A stretch of 64,000 nt of DNA from a virus. Shown in pieces: positions 53,401-61,498 of the stretch. Each line of letters starts with the position of its first letter. Within the stretch, counting starts at the first letter, position 1. The position numbers and the translations under genes are program-made. Location: the IMG/VR virus record IMGVR_UViG_3300005529_000023, positions 96,001-160,000 of that record; one strand, given 5' to 3'. A model generated the notes under the pieces. That model had not been told where the DNA came from, ran no database searches, and was given only the letters and a program-made list of their open reading frames with translations.

Positions 53401-54893
53401 ATATCCAACTAGATTCTTCCGCTAGACAGGTTATTGCTCCTCTAACTAATACCAGCGTAGTCAAATCTCAATTACAGGATAATGCTGGTACGGCGGTTAC
53501 TCTTGGTCAAAAGACCATGGCTTCTTCTTTACCTGTCGCTATCGCTTCAGACCAAACAGCCATTCCAGCGAGTCAGTCAGGTACCTGGACAGTCCAGCAA
53601 GGCGGAGCACCTTGGTCCGTAAGTCAATCTGGAACATGGACAGTTCAACCAGGAAACACTCCTAACACTGCACCCTGGTTAACTGCAAATAAAGATTTAA
53701 CTTCCATTACTCAAAGCCTAAACATGACAGCTACCACAAATGCTGTCACATTGGCATTAGGCACTGGACAATCTGTAACAGGAGTGCAGATCACCGGAGC
53801 GACGTGGACTGGAACCATTATCTTTGAAGGAAATATAGACGGTACCAATTGGTTCACTATTAATGCAGTAGTTCCTACTAGCGGCTCTATCGCCACTACT
53901 ACCACGGCCAATGGCCAATGGCTCGTCCCGGTTGCTGGTTTGGCAAGTTTTCGCGTTAGATGCTCCGTCACTGGCACAAACAGTGCGACAGTATCTCTCC
54001 AAGCAAGTACTGGCGAAACACCTACACAAGGAAATTCCTTACCTACTGGATCTAATACAATCGGTGCGGTAACTCAAGCTTCAGGACCATGGACTAATAA
54101 CGTCACTCAATTTGGTGGAACAAACATTTCTACTGGCACAGGAGCAGGCGGAGCTGGAATACCAAGAGTTACGGTATCAAATGATTCCAACGTACTTGCT
54201 ACTCAATCGGGCAACTGGACAGCTCGTATTGTAGGCAACACTGGCGTTGCTTTGGATGCTGCTGACAACGCAACCGCTCCTACTAACTCCGTCTTATATG
54301 CTGGATTATATAGCACTACCATTCCTGCGCTATCTTCAGGAAACTCTGCTGCAGCACGTTTAGATTCTACTGCAGCACAGTACGTTAATAACGAAGGTAG
54401 GAAAGCAACATACAGCTGTGCAGTTGTAGACTTTGCACCTATTTCAACTGCTACAGCTCCAAGCTTTTCTATCACCGGCAGCGCTACAAAAACTGTACGT
54501 ATTACGCGTATCGCTATCTCTGCAACAGCTGCTACTGGCGGTGTAGCGACTCTTAACTTACAAAGATTTTCCGCTTTATCAGGCGGAACTAGCGCAAGCC
54601 AATCTGGAAACATTGCAAAACATGATACTAATAACGCGACGGCAACGGCAGTGGTACGAACATGGTCCGTAGCCGCTACCACAGCTACTGGTGCTGGATT
54701 CTTCCGAAGCCTTCGTTTCGAATTTCCAACCCCTGCTGTTACTGTTCAGCCAGTACTCTATGAATGGGATTTCGGTGATAAGAACGGACAATCTTTAGTT
54801 CTTCGTGGAACCTCAGACTTTATTGGACTTTGCTTTAACGGAATTGGTACTACGCCTACTGCTGAAATTTACGTAGAGTGGACAGAAGAATAA
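50415..54893 (+). CDS. Long repeat-rich fibre-like virion protein
   Basis: 1492 aa, rich in T/S/G/A/Q; many SQSGTWTVQQG units; late motif upstream. Confidence 0.75.
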   Translation: MALERKWPAVAPQAFTSDGNQFGLIIVADTKGFRVKQSAVLTNSTPGVTLPVQIKRVISKTQLVVGQIDNKIAQWPPLDISTWTVASGAAISAGEQDKNNVPEKDHWSAIYEGDPVVADRVIFVDQYGNFYDDNNPLPISFDGTVTVGAVKIQDSAGNPLTSTSGSLNVNVTGGGSGGGIAQTQVRSALNVWTDVGYAGGDLNMPVQVQSALPAGTNLLGKVGIDQTTPGTTNRVAANLDLLAGSPFSATNYLPARITNGTAYVDPTQIRALTASDVVSAAQSGAWTVKAQLQDNAGTAITLGQKTMSSSLPVTLSSDQSALPVSQSGTWTVQQGTSPWSVSQSGTWTTGRTWTLGSGTDSVTAIQGGSWSVANFPTTVDTNYGTIGASSLRTAAQIGNATGAAAFGAGTTSAQVLRVVLPTDQSAIPASQSGTWNINNISGTISLPTGAATSANQTTQITSLNQIDTDLLAFKSANHTDLAALLAVFPSPIDVNYGTVGAKTLRSAAQIGNATGAADFGSGATGAQTLRTATNLYDGSANALTSELIGSKRALDVSSLTNNTATSGSANSLNGIVFTLDATGYTTAYIYSSASPANGAATTVTSIFEVSNDNVNWITTPAQTLQYELAPAGGSPGGITGSTYMVQSGAATQPYMFKVRINGRYLRQRLDFYTGSGSTVTSTVYLSSVDSNDYIINTNTVITDQLGLNSMEFGQNTMSSSIPVVIASDQTAIPVTVSSLPSTVDTNFGTVGANTLRSAAQIGNATGAAAFGAGTTSAQVLRVVLPTDQSAIPATQSGTWTVQQGGAPWSVSQSGAPWSVSQSGTWTVQQGTPPWSVVGNIASGSADSGNPLKVGGVFNTAFPTLSNGQRGDIQLDSSARQVIAPLTNASIVKSQLQDNAGTAITLGQKTMASSLPVAIASDQTAIPASQSGTWTVQQGGAPWSVSQSGTWTVQQGTPPWQTVGNVASGAADSGNPVKVGGVFNTAFPTLTNGQRGDIQLDSSARQVIAPLTNTSVVKSQLQDNAGTAVTLGQKTMASSLPVAIASDQTAIPASQSGTWTVQQGGAPWSVSQSGTWTVQPGNTPNTAPWLTANKDLTSITQSLNMTATTNAVTLALGTGQSVTGVQITGATWTGTIIFEGNIDGTNWFTINAVVPTSGSIATTTTANGQWLVPVAGLASFRVRCSVTGTNSATVSLQASTGETPTQGNSLPTGSNTIGAVTQASGPWTNNVTQFGGTNISTGTGAGGAGIPRVTVSNDSNVLATQSGNWTARIVGNTGVALDAADNATAPTNSVLYAGLYSTTIPALSSGNSAAARLDSTAAQYVNNEGRKATYSCAVVDFAPISTATAPSFSITGSATKTVRITRIAISATAATGGVATLNLQRFSALSGGTSASQSGNIAKHDTNNATATAVVRTWSVAATTATGAGFFRSLRFEFPTPAVTVQPVLYEWDFGDKNGQSLVLRGTSDFIGLCFNGIGTTPTAEIYVEWTEE
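52881..53640 (+). repeat. Tandem duplication of a 375-nt (125-aa) unit within the fibre gene
   Basis: Copies start near 52881 and 53256: GTWTVQQGTPPW...GQRGDIQLDSSARQVIAPLTN...GGAPWSVSQS. Confidence 0.85.
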
Positions 54894-54914
54894 GCCATCC
54901 TTGGCCTATTGAAC

Positions 54915-55502
54915 TTACTGAGCCGGAGCGTAAGTTGTTACCCAACCACCTGCAGCTGTGCTGTAGGTTGCAGTGTAACTGTATCGTTTTGACTGATAAT
55001 CGGACCAATAAGAAGGAAGTTGATCTGCCGTGCAGGGATTCGACCCAATTTTGGAAGGGTCTGCACCACCGTTAGTGACATCGCCTACATCGCAATTCGT
55101 GAAGTAAAATTCGTAGAGCGTATCCGATGTAGAGCCATCAACATTACTATCAGTTGATTCAAAGCCGAATCCAGCTGGCGCACAACCAGCGTAGGTGTTG
55201 CCATCACCACCCCAACTAGGATCGTCGTACCAATTCTCACAGGTGTCATAAGACGTAGGAGTCTTATCGACCAACGTGAACGTATCTCCATCCGAAGGGC
55301 CGGTAGGAAGATAAGTGAGAAGACTGGTCGTACCAGCATCGGCTTGAGTAGCATTCACAATGCACTGGCTAGCCGTAAGATGATCATAGGGATCGGCTTG
55401 CGACCAAGTGAGATCGCTAGTGTTACTACAACCAGAGCTTCCTGCCTGAGCATTGCCGCAAGCAAAGACCAAAAGACTAAGGACAAGAACAAACAATTTC
55501 AT
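54915..55502 (-). CDS. Secreted/lipoprotein-like Cys-rich acidic protein
   Basis: Signal peptide with VFAC lipobox-like motif; 7 Cys; rich in D/S/T/G. Confidence 0.7.
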   Translation of the reverse strand: MKLFVLVLSLLVFACGNAQAGSSGCSNTSDLTWSQADPYDHLTASQCIVNATQADAGTTSLLTYLPTGPSDGDTFTLVDKTPTSYDTCENWYDDPSWGGDGNTYAGCAPAGFGFESTDSNVDGSTSDTLYEFYFTNCDVGDVTNGGADPSKIGSNPCTADQLPSYWSDYQSKRYSYTATYSTAAGGWVTTYAPAQ

Positions 55503-55587
55503 TTTTTGATTTCTCCTAAAAGTTAAGTGACCTAGAACGCCAGGCTACTATGCCGCTCGCTGTAGGTCAATTAAGAAAATAGCGTAT

Positions 55588-55980
55588 TTAACGACCAATG
55601 AGCCTGGCCGTCATGAAACCAACTGCTACCGTCGAAAGTACACCAAGGCCGAAATAAAGCCAATCGTTTTTCTTTTGTAGTTCATCGACCTTAGTTAAGC
55701 GATCCGTTAGTTTGTCACTAGTATCCATCCATAACTGAGTTCTGCTATCGGCCTTTGTAATAGCAAGATCCTTCAGATTGATAGCCTGAACATAATCTGC
55801 GATCTGCTTATCTTTGGTTGCATTGTCCTGAATCAACTGTCCTACCTTTTGATGGCATTCTTCGCTGTAGATGAAAGTATGATTTGGACCCGGGGTGATC
55901 CCCTTCGAGAAGTCGCAATCCGCATAAGCTGCGCTCGAAAGACAGCTAAAAATTAAAACACTAGCTATGACCTTTTTCAT
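55588..55980 (-). CDS. Spanin-like protein (signal peptide, coiled coil, C-terminal TM)
   Basis: MKKVIASVLIFSC...; C-terminal WLYFGLGVLSTVAVGFMTA; third gene of the lysis-like cassette. Confidence 0.5.
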   Translation of the reverse strand: MKKVIASVLIFSCLSSAAYADCDFSKGITPGPNHTFIYSEECHQKVGQLIQDNATKDKQIADYVQAINLKDLAITKADSRTQLWMDTSDKLTDRLTKVDELQKKNDWLYFGLGVLSTVAVGFMTARLIGR

Positions 55981-56078
55981 GTTCAATCAATTCCTTCAAA
56001 GTAAAATTCTTTACTACGTAACAAATCCTATAAGCAGCCAGTCCAATACAAAACAAAGCGCCCAAAAGGACGATCAAG

Positions 56079-56438
56079 CTACGGCTTCTTTTTATACCAG
56101 TCATCGTCCACCGGCTGCTCTTGCGAAGGAAGCTGTTCAGCCTTCTTCACCAAATCATTTGCTTGTTGGTTTGCTTGATTCTCTTGGGCGGCTAACTTAC
56201 CATCCTTGTTTTCAGCGTTCTTTTCAATGTTCTTTCCGCTGTTGACAAGAATGTCAATTAAGATATCTCTGAACTTGATAATCAAAATCAGTGCTCCAAA
56301 GATAATAACAAACCACTTATCCTTCTCCCATAGCTCTCCAATATCCGAGTTGATCTTATCGAGAAAAGTAGGCTTAGTTGGTTGTGGTGCTGGCGCAGGC
56401 GTCTGCGGAGGAGTTACGGGAGTTTGTTCGTCTGCCAT
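56079..56438 (-). CDS. i-spanin-like protein (single TM, Q/N-rich periplasmic tail)
   Basis: WFVIIFGALILII TM followed by a coiled coil; coupled to the holin-like gene. Confidence 0.5.
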   Translation of the reverse strand: MADEQTPVTPPQTPAPAPQPTKPTFLDKINSDIGELWEKDKWFVIIFGALILIIKFRDILIDILVNSGKNIEKNAENKDGKLAAQENQANQQANDLVKKAEQLPSQEQPVDDDWYKKKP

Positions 56439-56743
56439 TATGAACCCGCCTTTGGAGTAGCTTCTTCGTCACCCGAAACAACGTCATCACCCTGAGGCTG
56501 AGCTTGCACGGTAGTCAGCTGGCCCTTAGCGTTGATGTATTCTTTTACGGTAGTCATGATGTGCTCTACACCATTGCCGGCAACGAAACCCATGAAGATG
56601 GATTTCTGAAGATCCACAAACTGAGAACCTTCAATTAAGCCCTTTAGGCGAAATACAACTGCAACGACGAAAAGTGCTAACCATGCGATAAACTTACGGA
56701 AACCGTAAACTACATTGATCCAATCGGCGATTTTCTGTTTCAT
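56438..56743 (-). CDS. Holin-like membrane protein
   Basis: YGFRKFIAWLALFVVAVVF...IFMGFVAGNGVEH (two hydrophobic segments). Confidence 0.6.
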   Translation of the reverse strand: MKQKIADWINVVYGFRKFIAWLALFVVAVVFRLKGLIEGSQFVDLQKSIFMGFVAGNGVEHIMTTVKEYINAKGQLTTVQAQPQGDDVVSGDEEATPKAGS

Positions 56744-56795
56744 AATCAGGATATATCACATGTCGAGTAATCTTAAATGAAGTCGGAGATTTCGC

Positions 56796-57173
56796 ATGGA
56801 CCTTTCACAATACCAAAACTTAGTTCCAGAAGCCGGAGTTGTAATCACTCTCGGCACAGCTTGGCTCACAGTAAGAAAGATCGCCCGCGATTTTGAGCGC
56901 TCTAAAAAGGAACAGGCTGCGGAGATCCTACAATCGGCCAAAGAAGCCGACGCGGCAATGAAGCTCAAACTTGAAGGGAAGATCCATGACCTAGAAAGTC
57001 AGGTAAAGAACTTCAAGGAAAACGTTGAAAAAGACTTAAATCACTTACGAGAAACGTACAATGGCGAACTCAAGTTTCTCGGCCAGAAGATCGAGGAGCT
57101 TCGTTCCGAGGTTCGTAATCAGCATAGTCAGCTTGTTCAGCTTCTGACGAAGATGATTGAGAACCGCGACTAA
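56796..57173 (+). CDS. Single-TM coiled-coil protein (holin/antiholin-like)
   Basis: N-terminal TM, heptad repeat, late motif upstream. Confidence 0.6.
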   Translation: MDLSQYQNLVPEAGVVITLGTAWLTVRKIARDFERSKKEQAAEILQSAKEADAAMKLKLEGKIHDLESQVKNFKENVEKDLNHLRETYNGELKFLGQKIEELRSEVRNQHSQLVQLLTKMIENRD

Positions 57174-57301
57174 TCTCCCTAGCACATGCTATGTGCAGCA
57201 CCCGCAGATGGCCATCCACTAGCATTTCCCTGAAGCTGAAATAGTTACGAAGTCTATTCCCGCATTCCCAACAAAACTTCACTCGCGCTCTAGGTTTCAT
57301 A

Positions 57302-57577
57302 TCAATCCTTTAGCTGGTGACTTTCCACTCTATATCTGAGAGCGAAGTCAATCTTCTGATACTTATCGCCCATCTCCCAATCCCTGGCCAAAGGCTCTGC
57401 AAGCCTCGTTACAGCCTCTCCCATGGCCTTTATAGCGCCCTGAATAGTCCTATAGTACCCAAGGGTCTCTCCTACAAGCTCGTCATATAACTCGTAGAAA
57501 CAATCATTACGGAAGGAAATAGGTTCCAACTGCTCTCTCCAGTATGGCCAAATCAGCCATGGTAATGAAGACCTCAA
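57302..57577 (-). CDS. Hypothetical protein (start uncertain)
   Basis: ORF in the minus-strand early cluster. Confidence 0.5.
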   Translation of the reverse strand: MRSSLPWLIWPYWREQLEPISFRNDCFYELYDELVGETLGYYRTIQGAIKAMGEAVTRLAEPLARDWEMGDKYQKIDFALRYRVESHQLKD

Positions 57578-57752
57578 GCTGGCCTTCCATCAAAAGAATG
57601 TTTGTTCGCCTGACGATTACACCTTCGAAGTTATCATCTTCTTCACTCGCGATAGTAGCCACAACCATAGTTGGATTGATGGTCACGCGGGCCTTGGAGC
57701 CATCCTCGGCATGATTCATTAAGGTTAAAACTCTTTCCTGCATATCTTCCAT
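57507..57752 (-). CDS. Hypothetical protein
   Basis: GAGG RBS; 81 aa. Confidence 0.65.
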   Translation of the reverse strand: MEDMQERVLTLMNHAEDGSKARVTINPTMVVATIASEEDDNFEGVIVRRTNILLMEGQLEVFITMADLAILERAVGTYFLP

Positions 57753-57754
57753 GT

Positions 57755-58072
57755 TTACCTCACCAGATGTTCAAGGTCTTTGATCGCATTCTTGAACTCT
57801 ACCATTTTTTCAGTCAGAGACTTCAGATCTACTTTAAGCTGGCCAACCGTGAGTTCAGGACCGTAGTACTTGCGGCAATCCTCGCATGACCAACCAGCAC
57901 TCACCGCAACGAAATGAACGCAGCCACAGGAACAAGAGTCGGGCGCCCCAGCATGGCCTCTGACTGTTTTGACCAGTCTAAGGCTCACGCGTACACCCGT
58001 TCTTTTCACGATGATCTTGCTTTCTCTGCCAGTACTTTCTACCGCGAAGGTGAATGATCCTGCACTTCTCAT
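57755..58072 (-). CDS. Hypothetical protein with Cys cluster (start uncertain)
   Basis: CSCGC...WSCEDCRKYYG. Confidence 0.55.
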   Translation of the reverse strand: MRSAGSFTFAVESTGRESKIIVKRTGVRVSLRLVKTVRGHAGAPDSCSCGCVHFVAVSAGWSCEDCRKYYGPELTVGQLKVDLKSLTEKMVEFKNAIKDLEHLVR

Positions 58073-58232
58073 CGCAAAAGTCGAATCTGAGAGTATGGCC
58101 GGGCTGACCCTTTCGAGGAGCGCTAATCGTTTCCCAATTAATTGCGGTATTGGAACTCACTGGCGCCAAAATCTTGCGACAACGATCACAAAGCCATTTA
58201 GAGCCGGTACCATCAAAGCTATTCTTGAACAT
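57978..58232 (-). CDS. Hypothetical protein with CxxC
   Basis: Start coupled to the upstream stop; WLCDRCRK...FDFCDEKC. Confidence 0.5.
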   Translation of the reverse strand: MFKNSFDGTGSKWLCDRCRKILAPVSSNTAINWETISAPRKGQPGHTLRFDFCDEKCRIIHLRGRKYWQRKQDHREKNGCTREP

Positions 58233-58573
58233 TACTTCTTTCCAAATCGATCGAAACAGTCAACCTGCTCATCGGCATGACCCTTAGAGCTAGTTGTGAA
58301 CTTGTCTCCATAGGTATCTATCACTTCGTAACTGAAGCGACCCACTGCAATGACCTTAAAAAGCTTTGCTTCTGAGTGAGAACCATTCGGCGCAGAAATG
58401 TAACAATCGCCTACTTGAAGATCCTTTTCTGGCTCCATGGGAGTTGGAGGAGGCAACGTCCTTATGGAGCAACCAGAGAGAACCAGGAACAACAGGCTAA
58501 CTAGCCCTTTTGACACTTTTGAACTCCTTATTAAAAGAGAAAATGAAACCTTTGTACATCCCGAAGTGAGCAC
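58232..58573 (-). CDS. Putative lipoprotein (start uncertain)
   Basis: LLFLVLSGC lipobox followed by a P-rich linker. Confidence 0.6.
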   Translation of the reverse strand: MLTSGCTKVSFSLLIRSSKVSKGLVSLLFLVLSGCSIRTLPPPTPMEPEKDLQVGDCYISAPNGSHSEAKLFKVIAVGRFSYEVIDTYGDKFTTSSKGHADEQVDCFDRFGKK

Positions 58574-58763
58574 CGTTATGTCCGTTCTTAGTCATTTCAC
58601 CAATAGCTTCTTCAATCTCAGTAGCCTTGAAACCAAGAACAGAGATTGCATGACGAGCTACCTTGTAAAACGTACCAGAAAAGACTGACCCACCTTTTAC
58701 GTGCAAGAACCAAAGGTCTCCTACCTCGTAGAGATCGTAGCCAGCAGTGTTCAACTCGAACAT
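58497..58763 (-). CDS. Hypothetical protein
   Basis: AGGAG RBS and a good promoter upstream. Confidence 0.75.
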   Translation of the reverse strand: MFELNTAGYDLYEVGDLWFLHVKGGSVFSGTFYKVARHAISVLGFKATEIEEAIGEMTKNGHNGAHFGMYKGFIFSFNKEFKSVKRAS

Positions 58764-58781
58764 AACCTACTCCTACTATCT

Positions 58782-58810
58782 ACTTTAGCTACTTATTTTT
58801 CTTAAGTCAA
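58782..58810 (-). promoter_or_regulatory. Sigma70-like early promoter
   Basis: TTGACT-17 nt-TAAAGT; spacer contains AAAATAAG. Confidence 0.7.
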
Positions 58811-59000
58811 AATTATTTTCTTATTTTCGCAAAATCGCAAAATTCACATGATATATAGTTATATCCTCCCCTGTTCCCTCTCACTATATTATAATAATAG
58901 AAATAGGGACTTACACATTCTTTTGGTCCACTTTTCCTTTGGTTTCCAGGACTGAATCTTTAATACATCTGATATAAGTCAGTAAAATGGTGGGAGATTT

Positions 59001-59504
59001 ATGGAAGAAAGCGAAAAGAAGAAATATTTAGACCGCTCTGACGTGATTATCGAAGGAAATACAGCACGTTGGGATATGAGGATCGAAGGGAGCATCTACG
59101 GAACCTACACAGGAACGTTCCGTTTCAAATGTTTCTTGACTCCTACAGAAAAGCTGTCTGCCGGCAGGAAGTACCGAGAACTCCTTGGTCCTAATCCTAC
59201 GATCGCGCTTGAGCATGAAGACAACCTAGCCTTTGCACTCGCTCAGCTTGAGCATCGTATCATTAGTGCCCCACCTTTTTGGTCTTCTACTCTACAACAG
59301 AACGGACAAGCAGGAGATATCGCAGACGAGAATGTCGTTCACGAAGCTCTTGATGCCGCCATTGCAGCCGAACTCAAGTTCGCTGCGCAATTACAACAAA
59401 AAAAGAAAGAAGTCCTAGAGAACGCCAGGAAGGCAGCCGAAAGGCTTCTCAAGAATCAGGACGAGGAAATGGATGAAAGCCAAAGTCAAGAGGATGGAAA
59501 TTAA
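59001..59504 (+). CDS. Tail assembly chaperone-like protein
   Basis: YTGTFRFKC.LTP.EK..AGRKYRELLG...LAFALAQL...PPFW pattern; late motif upstream. Confidence 0.6.
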   Translation: MEESEKKKYLDRSDVIIEGNTARWDMRIEGSIYGTYTGTFRFKCFLTPTEKLSAGRKYRELLGPNPTIALEHEDNLAFALAQLEHRIISAPPFWSSTLQQNGQAGDIADENVVHEALDAAIAAELKFAAQLQQKKKEVLENARKAAERLLKNQDEEMDESQSQEDGN

Positions 59505-59709
59505 TCCACAAGCCTTTTTCATGATCATGGAGAATGATACCGCTTGGCGAGTAGCCAAGGGAATACCGAAAGGTGCGCGCCTTAGAGGTTTCACTCTCGA
59601 CCCGTACACCCAAGTGCTTCACTTATTCGTTGAACATGACAGCTTTCCTCTAGTCGATCTCGATACTCTAATCCCCAAACTTGAAACCTTCTTTAAGAAG
59701 ATCCAATAA
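59473..59709 (+). CDS. Hypothetical protein
   Basis: GAGG RBS; 78 aa; coupled to both neighbours. Confidence 0.6.
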   Translation: MKAKVKRMEINPQAFFMIMENDTAWRVAKGIPKGARLRGFTLDPYTQVLHLFVEHDSFPLVDLDTLIPKLETFFKKIQ

Positions 59710-60188
59710 TGGAATTCAAAGATTTACTCGACTACTGCAAGGCAATTGCGATCCAATCCCTGATCTCCCCTACGCAGGAATCCATCTGGCGCGCTATCTG
59801 CCGAGCCTACTCAAAGAAGTTCAACACTCCGCTTCACATAGTTGAACAACTCGATCCGCAAAAAGTGATGATAGCGGAATTCGAAGATCAGCTTTCTCAG
59901 TTCAACCTCGAAGAAGACATCCATGTCCTTTTGGATCTTATCTATACGCTCGAAGATCCTGAGTATGAGCGCGAGAAGAGAGAAGAGCTTTCCCAGTTCA
60001 TCAAACAGGCTGAGAAAGAAGACATCGCCCGTATCAAAGCTGGAAAGCCCATTCACAAGGCGCTCAAGGACGAAAAGAATATTGCCGATTTGGTCGAAGA
60101 AGAAGCTAAGAAAATGCCTAAAGGCGGCAGCATCAATTTGTCGTATCTTGAAAAAGAAGAGAATCAGTACGGACAGTTTGAAGACTAG
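59709..60188 (+). CDS. Possible second tail assembly chaperone
   Basis: IWRAICRAYSKKFNTPLHIVEQL; acidic C-terminus. Confidence 0.5.
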   Translation: MEFKDLLDYCKAIAIQSLISPTQESIWRAICRAYSKKFNTPLHIVEQLDPQKVMIAEFEDQLSQFNLEEDIHVLLDLIYTLEDPEYEREKREELSQFIKQAEKEDIARIKAGKPIHKALKDEKNIADLVEEEAKKMPKGGSINLSYLEKEENQYGQFED

Positions 60189-60427
60189 AGTCCCATTATT
60201 CCCTGCATTTGCTGAAACAGGAAGGCATGTTCCGCGTGAACAGTGAAAGCACTAAAGGACATACCAGGAAGGATCAAGTTTTCTTCTTCCAACTTAACCC
60301 ACATGGGTTTCAGCTGCGAAATGATCTGATCGTTGGTACAATCAGGATATCCAATTGACTTGGTAAGATGCTCGACCATTGAGTTCTTGATCTTCTCTTT
60401 GATTACTTGTAGTTCTTCGGCAGTCAT
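60185..60427 (-). CDS. Hypothetical protein
   Basis: 80 aa; coupled to the Thg1 stop. Confidence 0.65.
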   Translation of the reverse strand: MTAEELQVIKEKIKNSMVEHLTKSIGYPDCTNDQIISQLKPMWVKLEEENLILPGMSFSAFTVHAEHAFLFQQMQGIMGL

Positions 60428-61311
60428 TACCCGCCCATTTCATCGACCATACAATCGATAATCTCAGTATTGAGAGGAATTAGTTTACGAAGAAAAGAGC
60501 GATCTTGCGTAAATACTGGGATTTCATTCTCCATTCCAGTACCGTCGTAAGAAACCCATCGTGTACGATAGACAGGTTCGCTGACTTCTAACTCGCCGCT
60601 CACACCGGCTGTCTCGGTGTCGATAAGCACATAGCGATCTTTTTTGATCACACGTCCACGTTTCTCCCCGCTCCAGTAATCATTCCAGTTGATGTCTTTG
60701 GCAAAGAGCATGTTGTGCAGTTCGCTGGTATTCTTTCCCTCTAGCTGCTTATGGCTATACACCGATCTGGCAGCCATCTGAATGCTATTTCTGCTCGCGT
60801 CTTGTTGGCGCCAAATGAAGTAGTTCTCCACTTCGACCGGATCGGGGATAGTGAACACCCGAGAATCAAAATAGCCAGTCTTGAGTTGACCGTAATCGCC
60901 AGTCATATATTCGTTAGCATTGCCCCGAATTTCATTCGCCGTCTTAGCTGCTGTCGCAAACGCCTTGTTGAATTCGGCAGTAGCGATTGCAGCAGAGATT
61001 GACGCCATCTTCTGTACGTTGCCATCGAACCACGCACAAGTTTGTGGGCTGTCAAAGTCTGTCAGAAGAATAGAAATCTCATCCGATTGCACATAAGCGA
61101 ACTGCGCTCCTTGGATCTGTTTGCACATGTTGATCGCAGTTTGATCCATGACAAACATGAATTCATGATCAAATGGCCTACGAAAGTTGCGCGTTAGTGT
61201 GTGGAATGCTTTCCCATCCACGCGAATGATCGTGTATGTTCTCCTCGGAAGAAAGTACCGTGTGCGATCCTCGTACTGACCTTTGATTCTATCGCCTAGA
61301 GTGTCTTGCAT
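60427..61311 (-). CDS. thg1: tRNA-His guanylyltransferase / Thg1-like 3'-5' polymerase
   Basis: IIRVDGKAFH, YVQSDEISILL, WFDGNVQKMASISA, FDSRVF, NYFIWRQQDASRNSI. Confidence 0.95.
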   Translation of the reverse strand: MQDTLGDRIKGQYEDRTRYFLPRRTYTIIRVDGKAFHTLTRNFRRPFDHEFMFVMDQTAINMCKQIQGAQFAYVQSDEISILLTDFDSPQTCAWFDGNVQKMASISAAIATAEFNKAFATAAKTANEIRGNANEYMTGDYGQLKTGYFDSRVFTIPDPVEVENYFIWRQQDASRNSIQMAARSVYSHKQLEGKNTSELHNMLFAKDINWNDYWSGEKRGRVIKKDRYVLIDTETAGVSGELEVSEPVYRTRWVSYDGTGMENEIPVFTQDRSFLRKLIPLNTEIIDCMVDEMGG

Positions 61312-61498
61312 CTTCTTCGTCCATTTCCCAGAGTGAGACCTCTGCCTCGAATTCTCTAGTTATTGTGTTCATGTCTTCAAGAGCTTGTTTGTACCCTCGC
61401 CTATAAGAAGCCTCTGCGAGTCCTTGCCTAGATACTTTAAGTTCTTTAAGTGTATACCAAGCAAGTCCAAAAAGATGGCCAATTCTGTTGAATTCCAT
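61289..61498 (-). CDS. Hypothetical protein
   Basis: 69 aa; coupled to both neighbours. Confidence 0.6.
   Translation of the reverse strand: MEFNRIGHLFGLAWYTLKELKVSRQGLAEASYRRGYKQALEDMNTITREFEAEVSLWEMDEEDARHSRR

Noticed and set aside
59399-59476. A_AAA_AAG slippery heptamer as a lambda G/GT-type -1 frameshift in the tail chaperone
   Set aside because: It is in phase, but the -1 frame hits TGA at 59474-59476 and does not join either downstream ORF.
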